Positions 31,849 to 44,781 of a DNA stretch of 64,000 nucleotides are shown here, piece by piece (position 1 is the first letter of the stretch; every line of letters begins with the position of its first letter). The stretch comes from Acidobacteriota bacterium. GTDB taxonomy: Bacteria; Acidobacteriota; UBA6911; RPQK01; JAJDTT01. Below the pieces are notes generated by a model. That model saw only the letters and a program-made list of their open reading frames with translations. It was not told the origin of the DNA and searched no databases. Where the stretch lies: contig OZ253580.1 of the NCBI GenBank assembly GCA_965263035.1, positions 2,144,001 to 2,208,000 on the forward strand, in the 5' to 3' direction. The translations under genes were made by a program, and so were the position numbers.

Positions 31849-33603
31849 ATGCCAGTGAAAGACCATATCCGACCGAACAGGCTGAAGTTGCAGGGAATCT
31901 GGCGGAAAAGCGAAAGCAGATCCGGAAATTATTTCAGTCGGCTTGTGACTCGGCGACCGCATGCCGTCTGGAACTTGGTGATTGGTGCTTTTTTGCCATT
32001 TTGTGGCTTGTGCTTGATGCTTTTCCTCGTCCTGACAGAGGCCTCCAACCGTCCTAACATCATGGTCATCCTGTCCGATGACTTGGGGTTCTCCGATCTA
32101 GGTTGCTACGGTGGAGAGATCGAGACACCGAACCTGGACGGGCTGGCCCGAGGCGGCCTCCGTTTCACACAGTTCTACAATACGGCAAGATGCTGGCCTA
32201 CCCGGGCCTCCCTGCTCACCGGTTACTACGCCCAGCAGGTGGGACGCGACGAGCTGCCGGGTGTCCCCGGCGGAAGCAAGGGCAAACGTCCGGCTTGGGC
32301 CCACCTGCTCCCCGATACGCTCCGGCCCCTCGGGTACCGCTCCTACCACTCCGGCAAGTGGCACATCGACGGGATGCCCGTGGCCAGCGGATTCGATCGA
32401 TCCTACTACCTGCGGGACCAGGGACGCTTCTTCAATCCGAAGGTCCACTGGGAAGACGATCGGAAACTGCCCCCCATCGAGCCCGGCACCGGCTACTACG
32501 CCACCACCGCCATCGCCGATCACGCCATCAAGATCCTGCAGGAACATTCCAAAGAGCACGGGGCCAAGCCCTTCTTTTACTACCTGGCGTTTACCGCACC
32601 CCACTTCCCTCTCCACGCCCTGCCCGAGGACATCTCCCGCTACCGCGACCGGTATCGACACGACTGGGATCAAATTCGCCGGGACCGGTGGCGGCGGATC
32701 CGGGAGATGGGCATCGTCTCCGGTCGGCTCCCCGAACGGGAACCCGACGTGGGGCCGATCCGGGAATTCCCCGGAACCCTGGAGGCGCTGGGACCCGGCG
32801 AGGTGAACCGGCCGCTTGCCTGGAGCCAACTGACCGTCAGGCAGCGTGAGTTTCAGGCGGTGAAGATGGCCATCCACGCGGCCATGATCCACCGCATGGA
32901 CCGGGAGATCGGCCGGGTGCTGGACCAGCTTCGCCGCATGGACGCCTTCGAGAACACCCTGATCCTCTTCCTCTCGGACAACGGCGCCAGTTGCGAGCTC
33001 ATCGTCCGCAGCGGCGGCCACGACTCGGGGGCGGAACCCGGCTCGGCCGACACCTATCTGTGCCTGGGCCCGGGTTGGTCGACCGTCTCCAACACCCCCT
33101 TCCGCCGCCACAAGATGTGGGTCCACGAGGGTGGAATCGCCACGCCGATGATCGTGCACTGGCCCCGCGGCATCTCCTCCCGGAACGAGTTCCGACACAA
33201 TGCCGGCCACGTGATCGACTTCGTTCCCACCGTCCTGGAGCTGGTCGGGCCGGCAGGCCAAAGGAGTTCGACAGGTAAGCCGGATCCCTCTCCTCCACTT
33301 CCGGGAAAGAGCCTGGTTCCGGTCTTTTCCCAGGATGGAACCGTCGCCCGAGATCACCTCTGGTGGTACCACGAGAAGAATCGGGCGGTGCGGGCCGGCC
33401 GTTGGAAGCTGGTATCGGAAGGCCCGGAGGGTCCGTGGGAGCTCTACGACTTGGAGACCGACCGCACCGAAACCAGCGATCTGGCCTCAGAGCATCCCGG
33501 CAAGGTGCGCCAGATGGAGGAGTTGTGGACGAGACGGATGAAGGAGTTCCGCTCGCTGGCATTGAAAGACCACGCCGAGCGAGATAGGGGGAAAGAGGAG
33601 TGA
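31849..33603 (+). CDS. Arylsulfatase (formylglycine-dependent)
   Basis: RPNIMVILSDDLG, CWPTRASLLTG (CxPxR), GKWH, SDNG; true start probably near 31978-32017. Confidence 0.94.
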   Translation: MPVKDHIRPNRLKLQGIWRKSESRSGNYFSRLVTRRPHAVWNLVIGAFLPFCGLCLMLFLVLTEASNRPNIMVILSDDLGFSDLGCYGGEIETPNLDGLARGGLRFTQFYNTARCWPTRASLLTGYYAQQVGRDELPGVPGGSKGKRPAWAHLLPDTLRPLGYRSYHSGKWHIDGMPVASGFDRSYYLRDQGRFFNPKVHWEDDRKLPPIEPGTGYYATTAIADHAIKILQEHSKEHGAKPFFYYLAFTAPHFPLHALPEDISRYRDRYRHDWDQIRRDRWRRIREMGIVSGRLPEREPDVGPIREFPGTLEALGPGEVNRPLAWSQLTVRQREFQAVKMAIHAAMIHRMDREIGRVLDQLRRMDAFENTLILFLSDNGASCELIVRSGGHDSGAEPGSADTYLCLGPGWSTVSNTPFRRHKMWVHEGGIATPMIVHWPRGISSRNEFRHNAGHVIDFVPTVLELVGPAGQRSSTGKPDPSPPLPGKSLVPVFSQDGTVARDHLWWYHEKNRAVRAGRWKLVSEGPEGPWELYDLETDRTETSDLASEHPGKVRQMEELWTRRMKEFRSLALKDHAERDRGKEE

Positions 33604-34820
33604 GACTGAAACTCAGGAATCTCGCTGTCGTCAGCCTGTTGGGATTCAGCTTGACTTCGCTGGTGCCGGGGGAGGCCGGGAACCTGGGAAGGCTCACCTA
33701 TCACCCCTGGGTCCGGGGGCCCTCCAGGCAACCGGGGCAACACCTGATGGAAATTCCGTCGGCTCTGGTCACTGAAAACGGAGAGAAGGTGGAGTCCGCA
33801 GAGGATTGGTATGCGCGCAGGAGACCCGAGCTGGCCGAGCTCTGGACCCGGATTCTGGGCAAGCTGGGTCCAACGCCGGAAGATCGCCGTTGGTTCGGGG
33901 ACATCACCGAAGTCAAAGTCCATAGCCGCCAGGAGCGTGAGGGCTATACGCGGATCCACCTGGGGCTCCCGATCGAGGTCGATTTTTTGCAGGACCACCT
34001 CTTGCTGCTGCCCAAGAACCAGGGAGCTGGACCGTTTCCGGCCGTCATCGCCTGGGCCGCCACCAGTTCCGATTACGATGCCCCGGAGCAGTGGTGGGGC
34101 AGCTACCTGGCCCGGCGCGGCTTCGTGGTCCTGACCAGCCAATCCTTCATCAAGAAGTACCGGGGAGGAAAATCGTTTCTGACGGAGGTGCAGAAGAAAC
34201 TCTATTCCCGTTTCGGCCACTGGCTGCCCCTGGGCAAGATGGTCCACGACGTCTCCCGGGAGGTGGAGTACCTGAATTCCCTGCCGGAGGTGGATGCGGA
34301 CCGGATCGGATTCATGGGGTTTTCCCTGAGCGCCAAGGCGGCCATCTACGTCGCCGCCTTCGTCCCCGAGATCAAGGCGACGGTCTCTTTCGATCCGGGA
34401 GTCGCCCTCAACGGCAGGACCAACTGGTTCAAACCCTGGTACCTGGACTGGCTGAAACGGTTTCCCGGCATCCCCACCCAGGACTACCCGATTCACGACC
34501 TGCGAGGCACCGTCCTGAGTCTGCTGAACCCCGACGTGAGACGCCCCGGACTCGAGCGCAATCACCACGAGCTGATAGCGATGTGCGCGCCCCGGGCCTT
34601 CATGCTCATCGCCGCACGCATGGCCGACCTGCACAACGAGGGCTATTGCAACCGGGCGGCGGAAGTCTACGAAATGCTGGGAATACGGGAACGATTCGAA
34701 TACGTGCCCACCCCGGACGGACACTCGGCGAACGGACCCCACATCGATCCGGCTTGGCAGAGGTTCTTGCGCAAGTGGCTGGTCGAGGCGCCGCTTGACT
34801 TCGCCGGGTACGAAAGATGA
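33600..34820 (+). CDS. Exported alpha/beta hydrolase (dienelactone hydrolase/acetyl esterase-like)
   Basis: GPFPAVI, GKMVHD, VDADRIGFMGFSLS, HHELIAMCAPR, DGH. Confidence 0.82.
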   Translation: MRLKLRNLAVVSLLGFSLTSLVPGEAGNLGRLTYHPWVRGPSRQPGQHLMEIPSALVTENGEKVESAEDWYARRRPELAELWTRILGKLGPTPEDRRWFGDITEVKVHSRQEREGYTRIHLGLPIEVDFLQDHLLLLPKNQGAGPFPAVIAWAATSSDYDAPEQWWGSYLARRGFVVLTSQSFIKKYRGGKSFLTEVQKKLYSRFGHWLPLGKMVHDVSREVEYLNSLPEVDADRIGFMGFSLSAKAAIYVAAFVPEIKATVSFDPGVALNGRTNWFKPWYLDWLKRFPGIPTQDYPIHDLRGTVLSLLNPDVRRPGLERNHHELIAMCAPRAFMLIAARMADLHNEGYCNRAAEVYEMLGIRERFEYVPTPDGHSANGPHIDPAWQRFLRKWLVEAPLDFAGYER

Positions 34821-34904
34821 AAAAGGGAAACATCACTCCCAATCTCAATGGAAGCGCGGGGCTTGGTTCTTCCGCGGGAGTTGTCCCTGCCTTGATGGAA
34901 CACC

Positions 34905-37496
<2,592 letters not shown>

Positions 37497-37518
37497 CGGT
37501 GAGGATCCCAGGAGGAAC

Positions 37519-38973
37519 ATGGAGATGGAAATAACGACACACGGGCTCCAGCTCCTGAATCAGACCAGGCGGCATTTCTTCAACCGCTGTTTCGTCGGTC
37601 TGGCCAACGTCGCCCTGGGCCAGTTGCTGACCGACGGCAAGATGTTCGCGGCCGGTGACGGCCGGGCCAGGAACCCCCTTGCTCTCCGGGAACCCCACTA
37701 CGAACCCAAGGTCAAGCGGGTCATCTACCTCTTCATGGCCGGAGGCCCCAGCCAGTTCGAGACCTGGCTCTACCGGCCGGAGTTGGCCCGGTTGCACGGC
37801 CAGCCCGCACCTGACTCGATCATGGAGGGGAAGCGCTTCGCGTTCATGGAGCGCTTCACCAAGGTCAAACCCAAGTTGCTCGGGCCGAAGCGGAAGTTCG
37901 CGCAGCACGGACAGTCGGGAACCTGGGTCTCGGAGGTGTTTCCCCACACCGCCACCGTGGTCGACGACCTCGCCCTGATCCACTCGGTGGTGACCGAGAA
38001 CTTCAATCACGCCCCCGCCAAGCTCTTCTGCAACACCGGATCCACTCGCTTCGGACGTCCCAGCATGGGCTCCTGGGTCGGCTATGGCCTGGGGAGTGAA
38101 TCCCAGGATCTTCCCGGCTTCGTGGTGCTGCGTTCGGGGCAGGAGGACCTGATGGGGGGCGCTTTCATGTGGAGCAGCGGTTTCCTGCCCAGCGCCTACC
38201 AAGGCGTCGAGTTCCTGAAATCGGCCGTTCCGATCCCGAATCTGTCCAGCCCCAAAGGCGTATCGATGACGCGTCAGGCGGCGAAGCTTGCCGCCATCCA
38301 GGATCTGAACCGGATCCATGAGCAGGATTACGGCGACCCGGAAATCGCGACTCGCATCGCTTCCTACGAGATGGCCTACCGTATGCAGACCAGCGGTCCC
38401 GAGCTGATGGACCTGAGTGGCGAAAGCCAGACCACGCTGGATCTCTACGGCGTCACGCCGGGCGAGCCGTCCTACGGCACCAACTGCCTGCTGGCCCGGC
38501 GCATGATCGAGCGGGGCGTGCGGTTCGTTCAGCTTTACCACACCGGCTGGGACCATCACGGGAACTTGAACGAGAAGATCGACGAGGTGGCGTTGCAGAC
38601 CGATCGTCCCACCGCCGCACTCATCACCGATCTCAAGCAACGCGGCCTGTTGGAGGACACGCTTGTCATCTGGGGAGGCGAGTTCGGACGGACGCCCATG
38701 GCGGAGATCCGCGAGAGCGTCGGCCGGAACCACCACATCGAGAACTTTCCCATGTGGTTCGCCGGGGGCGGCGTCAAGCCCGGTCAGACCATCGGAGAGG
38801 TGGACGAGCTGGGCTTTTTCGTGACCAAGGACAAGGTGGAGGTCTACGACGTCCAGGCCACGATCCTCCACCTGCTGGGAATCGATCACACCAAGCTCAC
38901 CTACCGCTACCAGGGCCGCGACTTTCGTCTCACCGACATCGGCGGTCACGTGATCGAGAAGCTCCTGGCTTGA
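37519..38973 (+). CDS. DUF1501 family Tat-exported protein
   Basis: TRRHFF, IYLFMAGGPSQ, GWDHH, WGGEFGRTP, GRDFRLTD; usual partner of PSD1 proteins. Confidence 0.93.
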   Translation: MEMEITTHGLQLLNQTRRHFFNRCFVGLANVALGQLLTDGKMFAAGDGRARNPLALREPHYEPKVKRVIYLFMAGGPSQFETWLYRPELARLHGQPAPDSIMEGKRFAFMERFTKVKPKLLGPKRKFAQHGQSGTWVSEVFPHTATVVDDLALIHSVVTENFNHAPAKLFCNTGSTRFGRPSMGSWVGYGLGSESQDLPGFVVLRSGQEDLMGGAFMWSSGFLPSAYQGVEFLKSAVPIPNLSSPKGVSMTRQAAKLAAIQDLNRIHEQDYGDPEIATRIASYEMAYRMQTSGPELMDLSGESQTTLDLYGVTPGEPSYGTNCLLARRMIERGVRFVQLYHTGWDHHGNLNEKIDEVALQTDRPTAALITDLKQRGLLEDTLVIWGGEFGRTPMAEIRESVGRNHHIENFPMWFAGGGVKPGQTIGEVDELGFFVTKDKVEVYDVQATILHLLGIDHTKLTYRYQGRDFRLTDIGGHVIEKLLA

Positions 38974-39044
38974 GACGGGAAGCTGAAAGGACAGGCTCTC
39001 CCGCGCGGCCGGGTCCCCGTTCTACCTTTGAGAAGACCGGGCTC

Positions 39045-40124
39045 TTGTTCCCGCTGAGTTGCTTACCGCTGAGCTGCTTACTGCTCCTTTTTTCGACCGG
39101 CTCCGGGGCTGCCGCCGTTGCGTCCGGTGGAGCCGAAGAGGCGCCTGCGCAATCCGGGGTTGGCGAGAGCCGCCTTCAGCAAGACCCCACGCTCCCGAGT
39201 CCCCGACCCACCCGGTTTCCCAGACAGAAGTTGGATCGTCTGGCGAGTGGATTCGACGGAAGGATCGGCTTCTACGCCCAGAATCTGGCCGATGGCGCCG
39301 AGTATTCCTGGAACGGCAACCAGCGGTTTCCTCCGGCCAGCGTGATCAAGCTGCCGGTCATGATCGAACTCTACCACCAAGCGGCCGCCGGCTCTCTCGA
39401 CCTGGATGCCAAGGAGCCTCTCCCCCACGACGTCTCGACCCACGGCAGCGGCGTCCTCAAGCGCCGCGACGGGCCGATCGCCCTCACCTTGCGCGAGTAT
39501 TGCCGGCTGATGATGGTGCACAGCGACAACATGGCCACCGACCTGGTGATGCGCAAGGTCGGGCTGGAGGCGGTCAACCGGTTCCTGGGGGATCTGGGAC
39601 TGGAAAATACGCGGGCGTCCATGGACTTGGGCCGATGGCACTACCTGATCGTCGGCCTGAGGGACGCTCCCATCTCTCGTGAGAACGATGCCCGGATCCT
39701 GGAACAGATGCGGGCCGGGCTATACGACGACGGCCTCGGGTACTCCGACTCTCTGGTCAACAACGTCTGTGGGCCGCGCGACATCGGATCGCTATTGGCA
39801 AGTCTCTATCGCGGCGAATTGGCAAGCCGGCACGACACCGACGAGATGCTGGATCTGATGCGCACCTCCACCCACAAACGAACCATCGCCAAGTACGTCA
39901 AGGAAGGCATCCGGATAGCCAACAAATATGGCGGAAGCCGAAGGATTGCAGCCGACGCGGGAATTGTCGAGTTGCCCAATGGGGCGGTAGCCATCGCCGC
40001 CTTCGCGCTGGCCAAGGATCCGAGCGATCGATCGGGCCGCGAGATTCTGGCCCGCATGTCGGGCCTCGCCGTCGCCACCTCGGATCCCAACGCCGTTAAA
40101 CCAGTACCGCCTTCCAATCCCTAG
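39045..40124 (+). CDS. Class A beta-lactamase-like serine hydrolase
   Basis: SxxK (ASVIK), SDN, KYG in place of KTG; signal peptide from in-frame TTG 39045 (start uncertain). Confidence 0.82.
   Translation: MFPLSCLPLSCLLLLFSTGSGAAAVASGGAEEAPAQSGVGESRLQQDPTLPSPRPTRFPRQKLDRLASGFDGRIGFYAQNLADGAEYSWNGNQRFPPASVIKLPVMIELYHQAAAGSLDLDAKEPLPHDVSTHGSGVLKRRDGPIALTLREYCRLMMVHSDNMATDLVMRKVGLEAVNRFLGDLGLENTRASMDLGRWHYLIVGLRDAPISRENDARILEQMRAGLYDDGLGYSDSLVNNVCGPRDIGSLLASLYRGELASRHDTDEMLDLMRTSTHKRTIAKYVKEGIRIANKYGGSRRIAADAGIVELPNGAVAIAAFALAKDPSDRSGREILARMSGLAVATSDPNAVKPVPPSNP
39051..39080 (+). repeat. 15-bp tandem duplication in signal-peptide coding region
   Basis: CCGCTGAGTTGCTTA / CCGCTGAGCTGCTTA (PLSCL twice). 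Confidence 0.8.
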
Positions 40125-40223
40125 GAGTCTGCGCGGTAGAAATGATCGTAGCGAGAAAGTAGGGAATCTGGACCGATTCTACCGCTTTCGCAGTAGATCA
40201 ATTTCTGCAGCGCAGGCTCCTAG
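40121..40223. mobile_element. MITE family A, internally deleted copy in inverse orientation
   Basis: Reverse complement of 10124-10290 lacking about 64 bp; CTAG on both sides. Confidence 0.9.
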
Positions 40224-40301
40224 CGCTCAAGCCGATCATGACTGCGCCATGCGACCGGCATGGAAAGTCGAGACGGCTCTCGCGGCGGCCCTTCCGGCTC
40301 C

Positions 40302-40331
40302 TTGACTCCGGTCTGTCGCTCTGACTCTAAT
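40302..40331 (+). promoter_or_regulatory. sigma70-like promoter, probably leaderless, conserved in both duplicate copies
   Basis: TTGACT-N18-TCTAAT-N7-ATG here and at 53164-53193, while the spacer has diverged. Confidence 0.6.
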
Positions 40332-42354
40332 GGCCTGTATGTCACGCCTTTTCATTGTCATCTCCTCATTCCTATTCTTCCTGAGTCCGCTTTGGGCCCG
40401 CGTCGTCCGGGTGGAGATCCACGAGAGGAATCCGATCCTGGAGGGTGAGCCCTATCCCCTCGTGGGCCCCTACGAAAGGATCACGGGACGCGTGCACTTT
40501 GCCGTCGATCCCGAATTGGGACCCAACCGGATCATCACCGACATCCGGAAAGCTCCCCGCAACGATCAGGGTGACGTGGAGTTCTCCTCCGATTTCGTAC
40601 TCATGAAACCCGTCCGCGTGGAGCGGGGCAACGGCGCCCTGCTCTACGAGGTCTCCAACCGGGGTGGGAAAAACATGCTGGGCTTCTTCAGCCTGGCCCG
40701 GTTCCGCCGCGACCCCATGGCCCGCGAGGATTTCGGGGACGGATTCCTCATGCGCCGGGGATTCACGCTCCTGTGGCTGGGATGGCAGTTGGACCCACCC
40801 CACACTCCCGGAAACGTTCGGGTGTATCCGGCCATCGCCCGGGATCCGGAAGGCCCCGTCACCGGACTGGTGAGATGCGACTTCGTGGTCAAGACCCACG
40901 TCGAACATCGCCTGCTCTCGGACCGCAGGCACATTCCCTATCCCGTGTCCGATCCCAACGACCCCGAAAACTCCATGACGGTCCGGGATGCCGTCGAGGG
41001 CGAGCGCCGGATGATTCCCCGCGACCGCTGGAGATTCGCCCGAATGGAGGGGGGACGGCCGGTGCCCGATCCGACCCACGTGCTGTTGGAAGGCGGATTC
41101 GAGCCCCGCAGGATCTACGAAGTGGTCTACCGGGCCCAGGACCCTCCCCTCGTGGGACTGGGCCCCGCGGCCGTGCGGGACATGATGTCCCACCTCAAGT
41201 ACGAGGGCGATCCGGATCTGTCCATTCCCCGGAGCGCCCTGAATCGCGCTCTGGGGTACGGCAGCTCCCAGAGCGGCCGGTTCCTGCGCACCTTTCTCTA
41301 CCAGGGTTTCAACGAGGACGAGAAGAACCGGCCCGCCTTCGACGGGCTCATGCCACACGTTGCGGGTGCGGGACGGGGCAGCTTCAACCACCGATTCGCC
41401 CAACCGTCCCGGGACGCTCAGCCCTTCTCCAACTTCTTCTATCCCACCGACATCTTCCCCTTCACCGGCACGGCCCAGACCGACCCGGTCACGGGGCAGA
41501 CCGACGGACTGCTCATCCACTTTGCCCGGCCTGAGCTGTGCCCCAAGATCTTCTACATCAATACCTCGTACGAGTACTGGGGCCGGGCCTCCTCCCTGAT
41601 TCACACCACCGTGGACGGAACCCGGGATGTGGAGCCGATGGATCAGGTTCGCCACTACCTCTTTGCCGGAAGCCAGCATTCCCCCGGACGCTTCCCTCCC
41701 GATCGGACATCGGGACAACAACTCAACAATCCCCTGGAGATTCGCTGGACGATGCGCGCCCTGCTCGTGGCCCTGGACCGATGGGTGGCCGACGGCGTGA
41801 CTCCGCCCCCGAGCCGCTACCCCCGCCTGGACCGGGACACGCTGGTTCCCTTTCCCGAGTTCGACTTTCCCCAGTTGCCGGGAGTCCGGGTGCCCACCCG
41901 AATCCACCGGGCGTACCGGGTGGATTACGGTCCCCGGTTTCGTTCGGAAGGTATCGTGAGCTTCCAGCCGCCTCGAGTCGGCGCCCCCTTTCCAATCCTG
42001 GTCCCCAAGGTCGATGCCGACGGTAACGAGCTGGCGGGGATTCGCCTTCCGGAGGTGGCGGTGCCGTTGGCCACGTACACGGGGTGGAACCTCTTCGGCC
42101 CCGGCAAGGGTCCGCCGACGGAAATATGCAGTTTCCGGGGCTCCTACATTCCCTTCGCACGGAGCAAGCAGCAGCGCCTCGACGCGAGTGACCCGCGCCC
42201 GTCCATCCAGGAGAGGTACGGGAGCCGGGATGAGTACCTGGGCCGGGTCGTTGCGGTCGCCCTCGAACTCATGGATGAAGGCTATCTGCTGTCCCAGGAC
42301 GTTCCCCGGATCCTGGAGATAGCGGCTCAGCGCTGGGATTACCTGATGCGCTGA
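40330..42354 (+). CDS. Exported alpha/beta-hydrolase-domain protein, copy A
   Basis: YEVSNRG, WLGWQ, GSSQSGRFLR nucleophile elbow, EYWGRASSL, VDADGNE, PLATYTGWN; likely start ATG 40339. Confidence 0.85.
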   Translation: MACMSRLFIVISSFLFFLSPLWARVVRVEIHERNPILEGEPYPLVGPYERITGRVHFAVDPELGPNRIITDIRKAPRNDQGDVEFSSDFVLMKPVRVERGNGALLYEVSNRGGKNMLGFFSLARFRRDPMAREDFGDGFLMRRGFTLLWLGWQLDPPHTPGNVRVYPAIARDPEGPVTGLVRCDFVVKTHVEHRLLSDRRHIPYPVSDPNDPENSMTVRDAVEGERRMIPRDRWRFARMEGGRPVPDPTHVLLEGGFEPRRIYEVVYRAQDPPLVGLGPAAVRDMMSHLKYEGDPDLSIPRSALNRALGYGSSQSGRFLRTFLYQGFNEDEKNRPAFDGLMPHVAGAGRGSFNHRFAQPSRDAQPFSNFFYPTDIFPFTGTAQTDPVTGQTDGLLIHFARPELCPKIFYINTSYEYWGRASSLIHTTVDGTRDVEPMDQVRHYLFAGSQHSPGRFPPDRTSGQQLNNPLEIRWTMRALLVALDRWVADGVTPPPSRYPRLDRDTLVPFPEFDFPQLPGVRVPTRIHRAYRVDYGPRFRSEGIVSFQPPRVGAPFPILVPKVDADGNELAGIRLPEVAVPLATYTGWNLFGPGKGPPTEICSFRGSYIPFARSKQQRLDASDPRPSIQERYGSRDEYLGRVVAVALELMDEGYLLSQDVPRILEIAAQRWDYLMR

Positions 42355-42381
42355 AGGACTCGTTCAGAGGAGATCGTTTCG

Positions 42382-44721
42382 ACGAAGAAGCTGCTGGCGG
42401 CAACCCTGCTCCTAGCCACGACCCTCCCGGCCAGCGGCCGGCCGGCTCCAACCACGACCGATCTTCCCGACTGGGTGAGCGCTCCCGTGGAGCGGGATCG
42501 GCACACCACGCTGCTGACCCGCTTCGACGCGCCTGACAGCATTCAACCCGACTACGAGCGCGACGGGACGGGGGCGGCCGGACGCAACTACGATGCTTCG
42601 GTCTCCGGCCGATACGGCGGCGGGATCGAGATCGACGTCCCGGGAGCCCAGATCAACCTGCGTGCCCACGGCAACCTGCGCCCGGACCGGGGCACCGTCC
42701 AGTTCTGGGTCCGCAGCAAACCGGGACGGAACATCTGGCGGGACGGGCGCAGGCACTGCTTCTTCTCGGCCGCCGCCGTGCGCCGCGACCTGGAACTGTG
42801 GAAGACGACAGACAACCATCTCCGGCTCTCCTGGGCCGGCCGTCACTGGAAAGGGGACGACGAGGTCGTGGGGACTCTCGACCTTCCGGTCTCCGAGTTG
42901 GAGGCCGAGGGCTGGCACCACCTGCTCTTTTCCTGGGATGACCGGCAGGGCCGGCTCTGGCTGGCCCTCGACGGGCGGCTCCGGAGCCTCTCGGTGGGCA
43001 AACCCCTGGAGGTGGACCGCTTCCACATTCTGTTTCTGGGAGCTTCCTACTATGGGGGAGTGGGCCGTGACGGCCTCGATCCCCGGATCGTTTTGCAGAC
43101 TGCCGGAGCGCGTTTCGACGAAGTGAAGATCAGCGATGTGACGGTCCGGGAGATGCTGGCGTTGCAGGGCCGGGAAACGTACCTGCCGGAGAAGACGGCG
43201 ATGCGGGTCCAGGACGCCGTCTGCCGCCATCTCGATTTCATCAGCCGGCTCCAGGTCGACGGAGCCTGGAGCGCCATCCTCTACGCCTGGCCTCACCTGC
43301 TGCCGGGGGAGACCAGCTACCGCACCTATTTCCATCCCGGCCTGGATCGTTTCATGGAGCTGACCCACGGCAGGAACGGTACCCCGGGAGCGGGACGCCT
43401 CTTCCTGTACGCCTATCAGGTGCTGGGGGACCAGCGCTACCTGGCGGTGGCCCGGAAGGCGGGTGAGTGGCTGCTGTCGGCCCAGCAACCGGAGGGCTAC
43501 TGGGTCAACCACTATGACCGCCACACGGGGGGACGGCCCACACCGCGGCAAGAGGTCCTCAACTCCCGCCGACGGACCATCCACCGGGACTACCCCACCT
43601 TTCAGGACGGCCGCCAGAGCCAGGCCGCCCTCTTCATGGCCCGGCTCTACTTTGTGACGCTGGAGGAACGATGGCTGGAGGCCTTCCGGCGCTCGGCCGA
43701 CTTCATTCTCAAGGCCCAGAACCCCAACGGCAGCTGGGGCTACTACTACGATCTCAAGGAAGGACGCAGCGAGAACCGCAACCAGGACCCCCACGGGGCC
43801 GAGTTCGACAACGGAAACCAGCGCACCCAGCTTCGAGTGATGCAGTTGGCCCATCACCTGACCGGCTTGGACAAATACCGGGATGCCATCGTTCGCAACG
43901 GCGAGTGGCATCTAGCGGCCCAGCTGGGTCCCCCGACCTACGGCTGGGCCCTGGCCTACGACGGACAGAGCCAGCCGGTCTGGTCCCGCGTCTATCACCC
44001 TCCGGGTCTTTCTCCCGGATCCAGCGCCAGTGCCTGTTCGAACCTCTTCTTCCTCTATGACCTGACGGGTGACCGCAAATACCTGGAACCGGTGTCCCGT
44101 TACCTCAAGTGGGAAAAGACCGCCCTGGTCGAGGTGAACGTGGGCGGCGAGAAAGTGGCCATGCGGAGCCAACTGGTGGACCACACCACGGGCCGCCCCA
44201 TCGCCGTGGACCTGAAGAACTGGAAGACCTATTTCCTGGACACTCCCCAGGAGCGGGCGGCGTTCCTGAAGACCGGGTCGGCGTTGTGGGCCAACCCGGA
44301 TCAGCTCTCGGAAGAGGATTTTCCCTGGTCCGTCTTCATGAAGAGACCCGATGGGGCTCGGCTGGAACCGGAGCTGGAAAAGCGCCTGCGGGGACCGCGG
44401 CTCAAGCCCGTCCGCATGACCCGGACCCATTTGGCCGAGTCCGTTTCCCAGTCTGTCGGTGAGGAATTGGAGAAGATCCTGGCTCGGCAGAACGAAAGCG
44501 GAGTCTGGCCGGTTCTGAACACCAGACCGGGCGCCCAGGGCTCCTACAACATCGGGGCCTATTTCCCCCTGGTCGAGTCCCGCGCCTACCGGTTGCTGTC
44601 GCTGCTGGAACGGTCGAAGATCCTGTCGGGAGAGATCCACCGCGAGGTCTGGAGCTTTCCCAGCCTCATCGGGGAGTGGGAATACGACCTGCGCCACCGG
44701 AACTGGATGGCGGACAGGTAA
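42382..44721 (+). CDS. LamG-like domain plus PL10/PelA-like alpha/alpha-toroid protein
   Basis: GTVQFWV..GWHHLLFSWD..FDEVKIS (LamG); GEWLLSAQQPEGYW, FILKAQNPNGSW, GWALAYD..PVWSR; signal peptide lies upstream of the called GTG 42475, candidate start ACG 42382. Confidence 0.68.
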   Translation, partial: TKKLLAATLLLATTLPASGRPAPTTTDLPDWVSAPVERDRHTTLLTRFDAPDSIQPDYERDGTGAAGRNYDASVSGRYGGGIEIDVPGAQINLRAHGNLRPDRGTVQFWVRSKPGRNIWRDGRRHCFFSAAAVRRDLELWKTTDNHLRLSWAGRHWKGDDEVVGTLDLPVSELEAEGWHHLLFSWDDRQGRLWLALDGRLRSLSVGKPLEVDRFHILFLGASYYGGVGRDGLDPRIVLQTAGARFDEVKISDVTVREMLALQGRETYLPEKTAMRVQDAVCRHLDFISRLQVDGAWSAILYAWPHLLPGETSYRTYFHPGLDRFMELTHGRNGTPGAGRLFLYAYQVLGDQRYLAVARKAGEWLLSAQQPEGYWVNHYDRHTGGRPTPRQEVLNSRRRTIHRDYPTFQDGRQSQAALFMARLYFVTLEERWLEAFRRSADFILKAQNPNGSWGYYYDLKEGRSENRNQDPHGAEFDNGNQRTQLRVMQLAHHLTGLDKYRDAIVRNGEWHLAAQLGPPTYGWALAYDGQSQPVWSRVYHPPGLSPGSSASACSNLFFLYDLTGDRKYLEPVSRYLKWEKTALVEVNVGGEKVAMRSQLVDHTTGRPIAVDLKNWKTYFLDTPQERAAFLKTGSALWANPDQLSEEDFPWSVFMKRPDGARLEPELEKRLRGPRLKPVRMTRTHLAESVSQSVGEELEKILARQNESGVWPVLNTRPGAQGSYNIGAYFPLVESRAYRLLSLLERSKILSGEIHREVWSFPSLIGEWEYDLRHRNWMADR

Positions 44722-44781
44722 GAGAAAGGCTCCCCCACCGGCTGCGGGCCGGCGAAATCCAAATAGAAACACGGGTGGTCT

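Noticed and set aside
42352-42354. Selenocysteine or read-through fusion of hydrolase A with the in-frame downstream ORF
   Set aside because: Copy B stops at the same TGA without the frame continuing, and the downstream ORF has its own SD and signal peptide
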